Source of the DNA: Hydrolagus colliei
Taxonomy: Eukaryota
DNA length: 64,000 nt
Direction: 5' to 3'
Assembly: GCA_035084275.1 (NCBI GenBank)
Contig: CM068761.1
Coordinates: 8,308,001-8,372,000 of the forward strand
Below are positions 39,783-50,890 of the stretch, in pieces (positions within the stretch are counted from its first letter, which is position 1; each line of letters begins with the position of its first letter). Under the pieces are notes generated by a model, which made no database searches, was not told the DNA's origin, and saw nothing but the letters and a program-made list of their open reading frames with translations. The position numbers and the translations under genes were made by a program.

Positions 39783-40300
39783 CAACAACAACAACTTGGA
39801 TTTATATAGGGCCGTCCATGCCAGATGGCCTCTCAGAGCGCTTCACAATAACAGATCCCGATGCCGAGCCAGGAGGAGGGTGAAAAAGGTGACGAAAGGT
39901 GCGGTCGAAAAGAAAGGACTTTAGCCGTGACCGGAAAATAGGAAGAGAGGGGGCAAGGCCAAGGAAATGAGGAAGGGAATTCCAGAGCCTCTGGGCATTG
40001 TGGCTGAAGGCACTGCTCCCGGCAGTGGAACAGAAGATTCGGGTGACAAGGAGGAGGCCAGACCCGGTGGAACAAGGGCAACGTTCCAGGTACTGTTGTG
40101 AGAACAGAGGAGGTCAGAGAGGTAAGGGGGTGGTCAGGGAGTGGAGGGATTTGAAGACAAGGGTGGGGATCTTGAAATTGATCCTCTTCAACACAGGAAG
40201 CCATTGTAGTCTGACAAGGACTGCGGTAATCGGGGAGTGAAGTTTGGTACGAGTGAGAATGCGGGTGGCAGAATTTGGGTAGCCTGGATTTTCTAAAGCG
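39783..40300 (-). mobile_element. Degraded L2-related LINE fragment
   Basis: LQWLPVLKRINFKIPTLVFKSLHSL motif and (TTG)n tail. Confidence 0.7.
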
Positions 40301-40398
40301 CTTTTCATGTGGAGAGTCCTCAAATCGTTTCACACAACAACAACAAAATTACATTTGTGTAGCACCTTTCACATTGGGAGAATGTCCTAAGGTGCTGG

Positions 40399-40717
40399 AA
40401 TAATAATCCTTGCATTTAATATATAGCACTTTTCACGTTTTCTAGGTGTCTCAAAGTGCTTCACAGAATATACTCCAAAGTGAATTGGCTATATATTTAT
40501 GGGAGAAATGCGGCAGCTAATTGCTCACGGCAGTGTCCTACAATGAAGTTAGAGAAATCCACAAGAGTCATGGATTAGAAATGACCAATCTTTTTTTTAG
40601 AGTTTATTATCAGGCGTGTGGAGTAAGGAAGCTTGCCCAAGGTTTCGCTCTGCCTGGGATTGAACCTAGGTCTCTCGCTTGTAAGGCGAGTGCTCTAACC
40701 ACTGAGCTACAGGACTC
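40399..40717 (-). mobile_element. Full-length DeuSINE-like SINE
   Basis: Reverse complement of the family consensus including the tRNA head. Confidence 0.85.
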
Positions 40718-40978
40718 CTTGCTGAGAATGGAAGAACTGGGAATTAGCCTGGTGTCTGACACATGCAGAAACCCATCAACCATGCTTAAGAGAATCCATG
40801 CATCCCAGCTAAACATCCCACCTAAACATGGACATTCCAGAGGTAGATTGTTGGAATGGAATGCTAAATAATAATAAATAATAAAATGCCAACTGGGAAG
40901 TCTACAGAGGATGGCGCTGAAATCACAGGGGCCCTGGAGTAGGAGCAGACATAAGTGTATCATTAAATCAGATCCTAC

Positions 40979-41098
40979 CTTCATTGCAGTTTGTGCCTCA
41001 AACCATGGAGCTTCCAAGTCTGATATGGGCTGATGTGTTCCCGGCATTTCCTTTATGGCTAAACTTGCATATATTATCCTGTATGGTGATGGATCATC
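40979..41098 (-). CDS. Candidate cytoplasmic exon with ITIM-like IIYASL
   Basis: tttggtttctag|GAT...AAG|gtagga; 120 nt open in phase 0: DDPSPYRIIYASLAIKEMPGTHQPISDLEAPWFEAQTAMK. In-frame linkage to upstream exons not resolved. Confidence 0.4.
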
Positions 41099-42994
41099 CT
41101 AGAAACCAAACGATAAATAATATTAAAAATGACAAATATTATTGTGGATCACATAGTTGCAAAGCTGGATGAGAAATGCATTGCACTTCCATTGTACTTA
41201 TACATTTGTAAATCCAACACAAACAATAAAGTGCAGAGACCCACATATTTGACACATGTTGTGCTCAATAGTTATGGTTGGTAAAATATTAGTTATAATT
41301 GACATATTGTGAATAACAAAGTTCAGATTGGCATAGGACAAAAAATTCAAGCAAATATTTTATAAAATTTCTATTTTGTAAATCCACTAACCTTGCACCA
41401 ATCCCTGTGTTATATTTCCCAATAGCGTTTCTCAAATTTAAAGAAATAGCATCTCAAAAAATAGAACACGAGAGAAAGCAGGAGGGAAAATGCCAACCTC
41501 TTGTGTAATATTAAATTGTGTTTTAACTTCACCTTATCTTATTATTATCATCATCAATGATAATCCTTGCAATTGATATAGTGCTTCATCCTGTAGTTGA
41601 GATGTCTCAAAGTGCTTCACATAATATACTGTACTGTAAAATGAATTGACTGCATATTTTGTGGGTGAAACACGGCAGCCAATTGCGCACAGCAGTGTGC
41701 CACAAACAGTCATGGATTGAGTGCCCAAATCATTATTTTAATTACCGGTATTATTATTTGGATTAACCTCCACACAGTACAAATGGGGACTCAATGTGTG
41801 TTATCCTAGACTAAAATGATGATAACTAAATCAAATACTGTACAGTACCTGAGGGAGGTTCTCATTAGACGAAGGAGTATGTGGAGTTAGTGGTTTCCCT
41901 GGGTCTGCAAAACAAATAATTATAATCCTTGAATTTCATAGAGCGTCCCCATCGAGCCTTTGAAATGCCGCAAATAGCTTCTCAGATTACACTCTGAAGG
42001 GAATTAATTGACTGTATATTTTGTGGGTGAAACACGGCAGCCAATTGTGCATAGCAGTATCTATCCTACAAACAGTCATGGAGTGAGTGTCCAAATTATT
42101 ATTATTTTAATTATTGATATGAATTATTAATATTTGTACTCTGTATAGTACAAATGAGGAACTCAGCATGCATTAACCTCACGTAAAGTGATGACCATTA
42201 AAGCAAATAGAGGACCTGAGAGAGATTTTGAGTAGATGAAGGTGTGCGCGCAGGTATTGTGCAGTTATTAGAATAATAATCCTTGCATTTCATATAGCGG
42301 CCCCATCACGTCTTTGAGGCAACTCGGAGTGCTTCAAAGAATACACTCTAAAGTTAATTGACTGTATAGTATTTATTGTGGGCGAAACGTGGCAGCCACA
42401 GTCACGCCATTTCAGATGCCATATCATCGCATGCTAAAAACTAGGATCATGTCCCAAACATAAATGTATTCAAGGTGATGTTCAGACCACAAAGAAACAC
42501 AATAAGATTGGAGATATAAGGAGAATATGAATGGCTGGAGCACACAATAGCTGGAAGTGAATGTCCGGAGAGATGTCTATTATGGGGCTGATGGGGATGG
42601 AAGACAAGTAGAAGATACAGACATTTGAAACCTACTCTTCACGGTCATTGAGAGACAGTAAATCTGCCTTTGCTAAATTAACGTTACATTCCCGCACACA
42701 CTGCAGAGTTCTTTATCATATCGGAAGTTTAACGTGATGATTGGGTTCATTGGATTGCATTCGTCTCAGGAATTCCACCCGCTCATGGTTTAAGGGTGGA
42801 CAGCATTGTCTCTGAGATATCTGTGAAGCCTTGAGATCATTAACCTCGCGGGGCTGACAGATTATTACACCCAGGATAAAAAAAGATAAAGCAATAAAGT
42901 CCACGTTTTCCTGGGTTCCATTCAACAAAATGAATAGATCACAACACTGACAGCAACAAGTGTGAGCGACACTGCTGGGAAATTGCTGACTTAC

Positions 42995-43027
42995 CAAGAG
43001 AGGCTCGAACAGACGAACTTATTTGAA
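42995..43027 (-). CDS. Candidate 33-nt cytoplasmic exon of the NKp30-like gene (LQISSSVRASL)
   Basis: ccatcttcag acceptor and TTG|gtaagt donor; phase 1-1, compatible with the TM exon. Confidence 0.55.
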
Positions 43028-44016
43028 CTGAAGATGGATATTTCACAGAATAAACAACTATAATAATAATAACAGGTGATAATGATGATGATAACAATGA
43101 CGAGGGCGACAGAGAGAGAGACTAAAGCAACCCAATGGTTTGGAGATGCGAGTGAAGAAGACAAGATTATAAGGTAAATAAGTCTCAGGACACCTCTAGT
43201 TCTCTTCAAACACACGATATAACACTGTATATTCAATGATGTGAAGCGTTTCAGATATTTCCAGGACGTGATCAGGCACTTGTATCGATTGCGACGATTA
43301 TTCTTCTAATTTTTATTAAGTGAAACTGAACGCAAGAAGAAAGGTTTCTCTATCAGTGAGTGGAGAAGGCGTGAAACGGACAATCTGTTATTATGTCCAA
43401 TAAATCCACGAAAAAACGATAAATATTCTTGTTAGTAATGTGATGGGAGGTTGCGGGGTAAGGGGGGTGCTTTTGGTGATTTATGGCAGAAGATAATTCG
43501 TTTGCGAGCTGGTTACATGGAGGAGATGGTTTATAGAAAGTTTCCTTTGGGAAATAAAATAAACGCGTGTGAGAGCATATACAGCCATAAAGCAGCAATT
43601 TTCTCACCTGCATTTAACAATATTGACAATCCTTGCATTTGAAGGCGCCTTATCCCGCCTTCCAGACTGTGTCTCAAAGTGCTACACAGAATATACTGTA
43701 AAGTGAATTGACTGTATGTTTGAGCGTGAAAAATAATAATCATTGAATCTCATGTAGCGCCTTTGAAGTCGGCATGGCGCCTCGAAGCGCTTCACAGTAT
43801 TTACTGTAAAATGCAGTGACTGTGCATTTTGTAGGTGATCGCGGCATCTTGATTAACTTCTAATTTTAGCGGGTGATATACAGTATTGAACATATTAACA
43901 TAAATAGCAGTTCAAATCCACCCCAGAGCTGTTCTCGCAAAATAATTTGCTGAAATGCGTCTACAGTATTTTCACTGGAAACCGGCCGAGGTTGTCAATT
44001 AAAAGGCAGCACTTAC

Positions 44017-44124
44017 GGTTAGTTTTGCATCGCCAGTACATAACCAATAATAATAAAGAAACCATTGGTATACATCTCAGGAGCCATGGTAAAGAAGACT
44101 TTTGCGGCTTCCCAGATTTCGGTT
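44017..44124 (-). CDS. Stalk/transmembrane exon of the NKp30/NCR3-like receptor
   Basis: tttttgtcttttttttag acceptor and C|gtaagt donor; phase 1-1. EPKSGKPQKSSLPWLLRCIPMVSLLLLVMYWRCKTN, with Arg in the N-terminal part of the TM. Confidence 0.85.
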
Positions 44125-44894
44125 CTAAAAAAAAGACAAAAATATCCATATTTGAAAATAAGCAATCGACAAATAAATGTAACTTGTTACCTTTCGTCAA
44201 TTGATACAATCTGACTTGTAATGTAAAGATTAAGGCGCAGGCAAAACCAAAATGTTTTCAAACCCCACGTTGGCAGGTGGTTGACTGAGATACTGGACCC
44301 GGGTTGATCTGAGTTTCTGTCCCACGAGGAAATAATTCACCTTTGTCCCATATGTCAAATACTACAGCCGTGTTACCCTTTGTTATTTACTTTAGCGGGA
44401 GAATTACCTCCTCAATTACTCTGGTTCAATAGGCAAAAAAAACAATAATAAAAATTGGTGAATTCAATCGACGACTGTTTGTGGGACACTGTTGTGGCGA
44501 TTTGCAAGAAGACGTGGAGAGCGCTGTATCAAATTTAATTCAACTTATCTCGGTGGCCGGCCTGCCAATGAAATGTACCAATGATCGAGACCCCTCGGAA
44601 ATATAACCAGGGGAAAAGCAGTCAACGTTCAGCAAGTTGAAAGACAAATGTTCATTCTCAGGTCAGGTAGTTTCTCGAGAATCACAGAACATGCGGCAAT
44701 TACAACCACAAAGTGACAGAGAGACAATACAGGCACCTCGAATATAGCAGAGTGATCGCTTCACTGGGCCCGCTTTATGTTGGACAAGTCCAAGCGTTTA
44801 ACACCGAGATAATGAATATCCTCGCCTCACCCCCAAACACATGTCAGTGTGAAATGTTTTCATATTTTGAAATGTAGCAAAAACAAAATCCCAC

Positions 44895-45248
44895 CTGTTA
44901 CGCGCAGCGTGCTTCCATTTCCTATGAATTGTTGACCGAAGGCTGAGGTGAGTATCTGCAACTCACAGTAATAGTCACCGCTGTCTTCACGCTGAAGGTT
45001 GTGTATCGATAACCGGTTTGTATTTTGTTCTTTATCTGTGACAGTTATGACCCGATTGGAAGCGTTCCCGCTGGGGTTGCAGCCGAACACAATGAACGTC
45101 CGGTTTACCTGATTTGGGGGCTTATGAAGCCAGTGGATCGTAAAGTTGTCGCTCTTGTCAACACGGTAGACACAGCTGAAATTGGCTGTCTCTCCCGCAG
45201 CCACAGAGAGGGAGGCAGGGCTCTGGTTGACTTCGGCTACAGTACAAT
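44895..45248 (-). CDS. Germline VJ-type Ig domain exon, NKp30/NCR3-like
   Basis: Single 354-nt phase 1-1 exon with Cys(B), Trp(C), EDSGDYYC and J-like FIGNGSTLRVT. No RSS. Confidence 0.9.
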
Positions 45249-45347
45249 CTGGTCAGGAATAAATAAATCAAACGCACCGATTATTCATGTAAATGTTAAT
45301 AGTATTAATATGAATATTAACTGGTGTTAAACTCGCCAGTGAATTAC

Positions 45348-45399
45348 CTGCGACTTGAAAGTGCAGACACAAATAAGCGATGGCGCTAAGATGAAGCAT
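45348..45399 (-). CDS. Leader exon of the NKp30-like receptor
   Basis: MLHLSAIAYLCLHFQVA-G|gtaatt; 52 nt, phase 1. Confidence 0.8.
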
Positions 45400-46672
45400 A
45401 ATTGGTTTGTTGGTCTCTCTCTCTCTCTGGGTTGTGAGGTGTGACCTGCTCAACTGGTTGTAGATCTCACCTTTATCTCAGAGGTTATGTGCGGGTTCAT
45501 ACTTACTGAGAAACGGTATCGCCCACCGACAGTAACCACATTCAACATCCCCCGCCTGTAACGCAGAGGTAACTTATGTTGCTGTAATGCAATATCTGGG
45601 TGGCTTTTACACCATACATCGCTCGGTTCCTACACTAGAGCTGAGTAAATATACCTTTTAAAGGTTTGAAAGCGAGCAGGGAGAAATGGTACAAGCAGAA
45701 TAAAATAACATCTTATGTTGCAATTTCGATTTGGAAACGTTATGTGGCAATTTCACGCGAATTCAATGTACATTTCCAGACGATCTTTGATAATCGCGGA
45801 AAATAAAACGTTTTTAAAGCTTTTGGAGACTTTGTGGTTAAAGCTAAATAATCCCTCCAAAACAAAACATAATAATAATAATAAAACTGGTCATTTCAAT
45901 CCACGATTGTGTGTGGGGACACAGCTGTGCGCAATTGGCTGCCGCGTTTCGCCCACACAGTCAATTCACTTTACCCTCTATTCTGTAAAGCGCTTTGAGA
46001 CGTCTAGAAGATGTGAAAAGCACTATATCAAATGCAAAGATTATTATTATATTATTATTTTATTAACGAGTTAGCATTAAAATCAGTTGGAGAAAAGTAA
46101 AGTTAGAAGAGGGATACCCAAAGTTACATTGAAATTTTTTTTGCGCGTTTAGTTTTTCTCCCCTCTCAGAAGTCTCACAGTCAACAATTAGTGTCCATCC
46201 ATTGAGGCCAGAGCTGGATTTGAACTTGCAACTTCGGTAGAAGTTAAGACGCCCATTTATTAAAACGTATGTCTTTCTGCAACACAATCTGGACAGATCT
46301 TCAGAAGGAGAGAGTCCGAGGATAGCGGGGTTCCTGACCCTCTGCTTCCCTCGGTTCCTGCCAACAGTACAGACAGTACGTCAATACTTACACCTCAGCA
46401 CACAGCCAGTTCATCTTTTATACTGAATCCACTGAAATGTACCTCATTGCCCATCTCAAGACTTTCCTCTTTGACGGTGCCTTCGGTTACCCACCTATCG
46501 CCAGCCGCCCTGCCCTGCATCCAACCTGATCCTAACTCCCAGCTCAGATGCACAACCTTGACTTTCCAGTGCTTTGGGAAGACCCCTCCACCCCCTCCCC
46601 CTTAACCCCAAAACTCAAGGCACTATACAAATGTAATTTATTGTTGTACTTATTTTACTGGAGTATCAGCTT

Positions 46673-48776
46673 CAGGGCCGTACGCAGGATTTTTTTTGGG
46701 GGGGTGCGAATTGCTAGTGATGGGACCAACAATGGCCGGCGGCTTGGGGGCTGCCCCCGAAGCCCCCTCGAGGCTCCGACGTTTTACACAGTTTGAGGTC
46801 TTATTTAATCGGTTCAGAAGATCCAATATGAACGGTAAATGTTTCACGCCCTTGGTGTTTAAGAGCATCATTATTTATTCAGTGTTTTTATTTTCCCCGG
46901 TAGTCCGTGTCTAATTGGGAAGGTCGAATGTGTTCGCCGATAAAAGCAAACACGATTGTTGACTCGATGATGTAAGGAATGCGAACGATAAAGTAAATTA
47001 CAATCCAATTAACACAGTACAATGACGAATGCTTGATAAATGTAGGCGTATAGAGAAAATGATCATAAACTACAGATTGACGGTAATTAATAAGTTGTTC
47101 TGCATTGTTATCCTAAGACTAAATTTCTTTCGGACTGTAATGAACAATAATGTAAGAGTAAAGTATGAATATTGTGCTCAGATATTCCAGCAAAGCAAAT
47201 TTTATAAAAGACAAGAAAATATACAGAAACTGAAAATCAGTGTAAAACAGTTAATTCACACGTGTTACAAGCCTGTTATCAGCATTATCCTGAAAATATC
47301 GTTGAACTGTGAGCAATAGTGTAGTTAGTTTTTATTTATTTATTTAGAATCAAAATTAAAGGAAGTGACCCATCGAGCAATACTGATCTGACGAAAAAAT
47401 ACTTGAAAAAATAAGGGAGGGGAAATTAATTCTTTAATAGCGTTCCGTATTCGAGACGCCTCGGTCGCTTTGAAGCGAATACGTCAACCGCTCTACCAAT
47501 ATCGATTTCCATATTATAATGAATGTGCATTAACGCGAGGGCTGAAAGTCGCTCCTATACGGAGCAGAATGCTGGACACTTAGGCAAACCTCGACCAGGA
47601 GATTAGGTGACTCGTGAGGTATATACCAGGCTTCTAAGAGACGCCCTGAACGTTTACTGGCGACAGCATCTGACAAATAGTGAGCTATATGGTACACCAC
47701 CACACTGGTCTGACAGACATTACCGCAGAGGCGTCTTAGGTTTAGCGGACATAGCTGGAGAAGCCGGGAGGAAACTGTCCATAGTGCTATGGACAATGCC
47801 CGAGTTCGCTCGATCAGATGATGGTGAAACTATTTTTATGCCAAATTCGTGCGACATTGATGTTTTTTCACTCTGGGTACAAAACTGAAAGTGAAATAAA
47901 GTAGCACTGTTTATCTTTGCGGTCATATGTTTTTTGCACGCCAGTGGACGTCTCTAAAAGCAATTTTTAATTACCGGAATACATTTTTAATAATATAAAT
48001 CAAATGTGATAATCAAGACAAAACAAGAAACGTGATATTTCAGAAACACGCCTATCAAAACTTAAGTCATTTTTACTTACATTTATCAGATTAAAATACG
48101 ATTTCAGCTTCCACAAAGTGGTGCTACCTTTTTATGTAGTGACTGTATACGGGATGATTTCCGATTGACACCCCACGTGGAATAGGCGCTAAAGCCTAGG
48201 CCTACGTCCATGAGTATTTTTTTTAAAGATAGGCATTCCCGTCCAGCATATAACTTTTTTGTTGGGTTCTCAAAAGCTTTAATTTCTCAGAAGCTTGTAA
48301 ATATGTTGTCATTGTTTGCTAGCATTACAGTCACACCTCTCAAAACTTGAGCAATTTTTACTTACGGTGATCAGATTAAAAGATGATTTAACTTCCAGAA
48401 GTGGTGCTGCCCTTGTGGCTGTTTACGGGATGATTTCCAAACGAGGATGGATTTGAGTCTTGGCGCCTATGTTTATCCAATCACGAGTCACAGACTCGCC
48501 GCGTCATGGACTGGTCTATCGACGCGGTATGTTTTGGGTAGACGCCGATTCCGGTGTGCGACTCGATAATTTTATATTAATACTAAATCATTCAAAGATG
48601 TGAGTTTATAATTTATACATAGTTTTGAAGAACTGATTGTTACACAAATGCTCAATAAATTTACTTGGTATTTAAATTTGATAAAAAATACAATTCTCTA
48701 CCCCGGAAAATGTGGACCTTTTATAATTTGGGGGGGTGCGTACGCACCCGTCGCACCCCCCCTGCGTACGGCCTTG
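46673..48776. mobile_element. Non-autonomous TIR DNA transposon (hAT/Tip100-like termini), 2.1 kb
   Basis: 16-bp TIRs CAGGGCCGTACGCAGG / CCTGCGTACGGCCTTG (15/16 match), flanked by direct repeat AGCTT. Confidence 0.8.
47620..47800 (+). pseudogene. RTE-like reverse transcriptase C-terminal fragment inside the TIR element
   Basis: YTRLLRDALNVYWRQHLTNSELYG, frameshift, then QRRLRFSGHSWRSREE. Confidence 0.7.
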
Positions 48777-49629
48777 AGCTTTGTCCATGAGCTCCAAGAT
48801 ATCAAAAGTTCATGATTTCACAAGCCCAGTTGACCTCACAGTATTTTCCCCACTTACTTTGTTATCGATACCCCCACACGCCCAAAAAGACTGTGTTTAT
48901 AATTATGTTCTCTCTTCATAGAATTTTTGATTAAAAATGCCAATATTTTCAAACCCAGACAGTTATTTGCATTTCAGTGTATTCGGTGTAAAAGATGGCG
49001 AGCTGTAAACAACAGAGAAGCTGCAGTATATTGCAAGTATAATCTGAGCTATAAATTGGGATTAATTACATTTGGGATGTAGACTTCAAGAACAATGACC
49101 TGCAAGTAATTTGTTGGTTCAAAGATAGTTTGGTAGAGGATGGTTTTATTGTGAGTTTTTATTGTCAGCCCAGGAGATTAAAATGCAATCTCATCTCAGG
49201 TGCTGAGTGTCAGCCTGAAACACTGGTAGGTCAAATTCATACTAAATCTTCTGTTGACTCTGCCTTCAGATACAACTACTGTATGTATCTTACTATCTTG
49301 GCATCAGTCTGATCTCAGTTAGTAGCGATCTCGCCTGTGGATCAGAAGGTTAACGGTTCAAGCCCACATCGGGATCGTGGAACTCATGATTTAAGTTGAA
49401 GGGGGGAGAGGGCTGATTTTGAGATTCAGAAAAATAAACATATATGCCTTTTCAGGTGGGTGTTGAAGAACTTGTGACGGTCTTTGAAAAGTAATTGAGG
49501 TTGTGCTAGTTAACACCCATACATTTATGTTGATGATTGCGACACTTTTCCATGTGACAAGATGCTAATAAGTGCAAGAGGAATTGATTATACCGGAGTA
49601 ACATTTCCACGAACGAAACACAAAATACT

Positions 49630-49740
49630 ACAGATGTTGGAAATTTGAAACAAAAGCAGAAGTTGCTGGGAATACTGAGCAGGTCAGGCAGCATCCATGG
49701 AGAAAGGAAAGTGAGTCCACGACCCTTCATCAGAATTGGG
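49630..49740. mobile_element. Penelope-like terminal repeat typical of cartilaginous fish
   Basis: AAAAGCAGAAGTTGCTGGGAATACTGAGCAGGTCAGGCAGCATC..CCCTTCATCAGAA; an inverted relative lies at ~55585-55720. Confidence 0.55.
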
Positions 49741-50674
49741 GCATGTTGGGAGAGAGAGGTTTTCAAGGACAAGTTAGGGAGGGAGAGGCAGGATAAGGGA
49801 AGACAAAGGAGACAAAGAAGACAGAAAAAGAAGACAAAGGAAAAAATGTGTTAATTGATGGTTTAAAGAGATGATAACGGCGTGAAACGAAAGGGAATGG
49901 GTTAAAACAAAATTGGGGAGAAGGGGTGTTAATAGTGAAGAGCAGACAAAACACCAGAGAGACAAGGGGTATCTGGAGTGGAGTGATGATTGTAATGAGG
50001 GAGGGGAAGCTTTTATTCTGAAGTGGCTGAAATCGATGTTGAGACCAAAGGGCTGTAGGGTCCCCAGCAAATAGATAAGGTGCTGTTCTTCAAGCTTTCG
50101 CTGTGAGTCACCGGAACAGCACAGGAGACCACGAATGGAGAGATCAGCCTTTGAATGTGAGTGTGAATTGAACCATCCATACCCACAAAAAAATACAGGC
50201 GATTCAGTTTACAGTTTATTCTGTGAAGCGCTAGTTTATTCTATGACGAGAAGACTTGAAAAGCACTATACCAAATGCAAGGATGATTATTATTATGGAG
50301 TAGGAAAACGTGCTTCTAACATGAAAGTGTCACCATCAGATCACGTGAAGTTCATCACAATTCAGGGAAGTTCAGAAAGTTGTGGGTTCAGGAGTTTATA
50401 GAACAGTGCCACAGACACGTAGCAACAAAATCAACAACAACAACAAAAATATTTATAGAACATCTTTCACGTCGCAAGGACGTCCCTAGGTGCCAGCATC
50501 CGACCTTGAATTGTTATGGAATAGCTAGAACTAGAGTAAATGCCATGATAATGCAGATAATTTAAAATCATATTGCATTTGTAGACTAAGACATGCAACC
50601 CATTAGTCTGTCTCTGGATCTGACCTGGTGTGGCCAACAGACATAGCTGGTGTATCTTTGGATTGTTAGTAAAA

Positions 50675-50890
50675 TATTGGTGTGGTGTGGAAGCAACAAT
50701 GTCAGTCATACTGGCGTTCAGACAAATTAAACCACAAAGTCTCTGTGCAAACAATTTATCTATCAGCCACCGAGCGGAACTCTCACAAAGTGTACTTTCT
50801 GTGGTTTATATGCAAGCTTCTTGGGCTCTCAGTTGTGAAACATCAAGTAAACAAGAACAGAGTCAAGCTGCAATGTTCTTTCCTCAGGTT
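50675..50890. promoter_or_regulatory. Candidate lymphoid enhancer (RUNX x3, ETS, PU-box)
   Basis: TGTGGT 50681, AACCACA 50730, TGTGGTTT 50800, AGCGGAAC 50773, TTCCTC 50880, in non-repeat sequence. Motif evidence only. Confidence 0.35.

Noticed and set aside
42991-43236. Hydrophobic ORF (VALVIVIIIIITCYYYY) that looks like a TM exon
   Set aside because: The hydrophobicity comes from (ATC)n/(ATT)n simple repeats. A better TM exon with strong splice sites exists at 44017-44124.
44189-44208. 20-nt mini-exon between the V and TM exons
   Set aside because: Contains an in-frame stop in the required phase and would shift the TM frame.
46673-48776. RAG/Transib-like transposon, suggested by the 5-bp duplication between VJ genes
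   Set aside because: TIRs begin CAGGGCCG, not CACAGTG-like, and no RAG/Transib coding remnant is visible.
48995-49060. AAGATGGCG start motif as possible GCN1 exon 1
   Set aside because: Translation (MASCKQQRSCSILQV*) does not resemble GCN1, and there is no CpG island or TOP/GC-box context.
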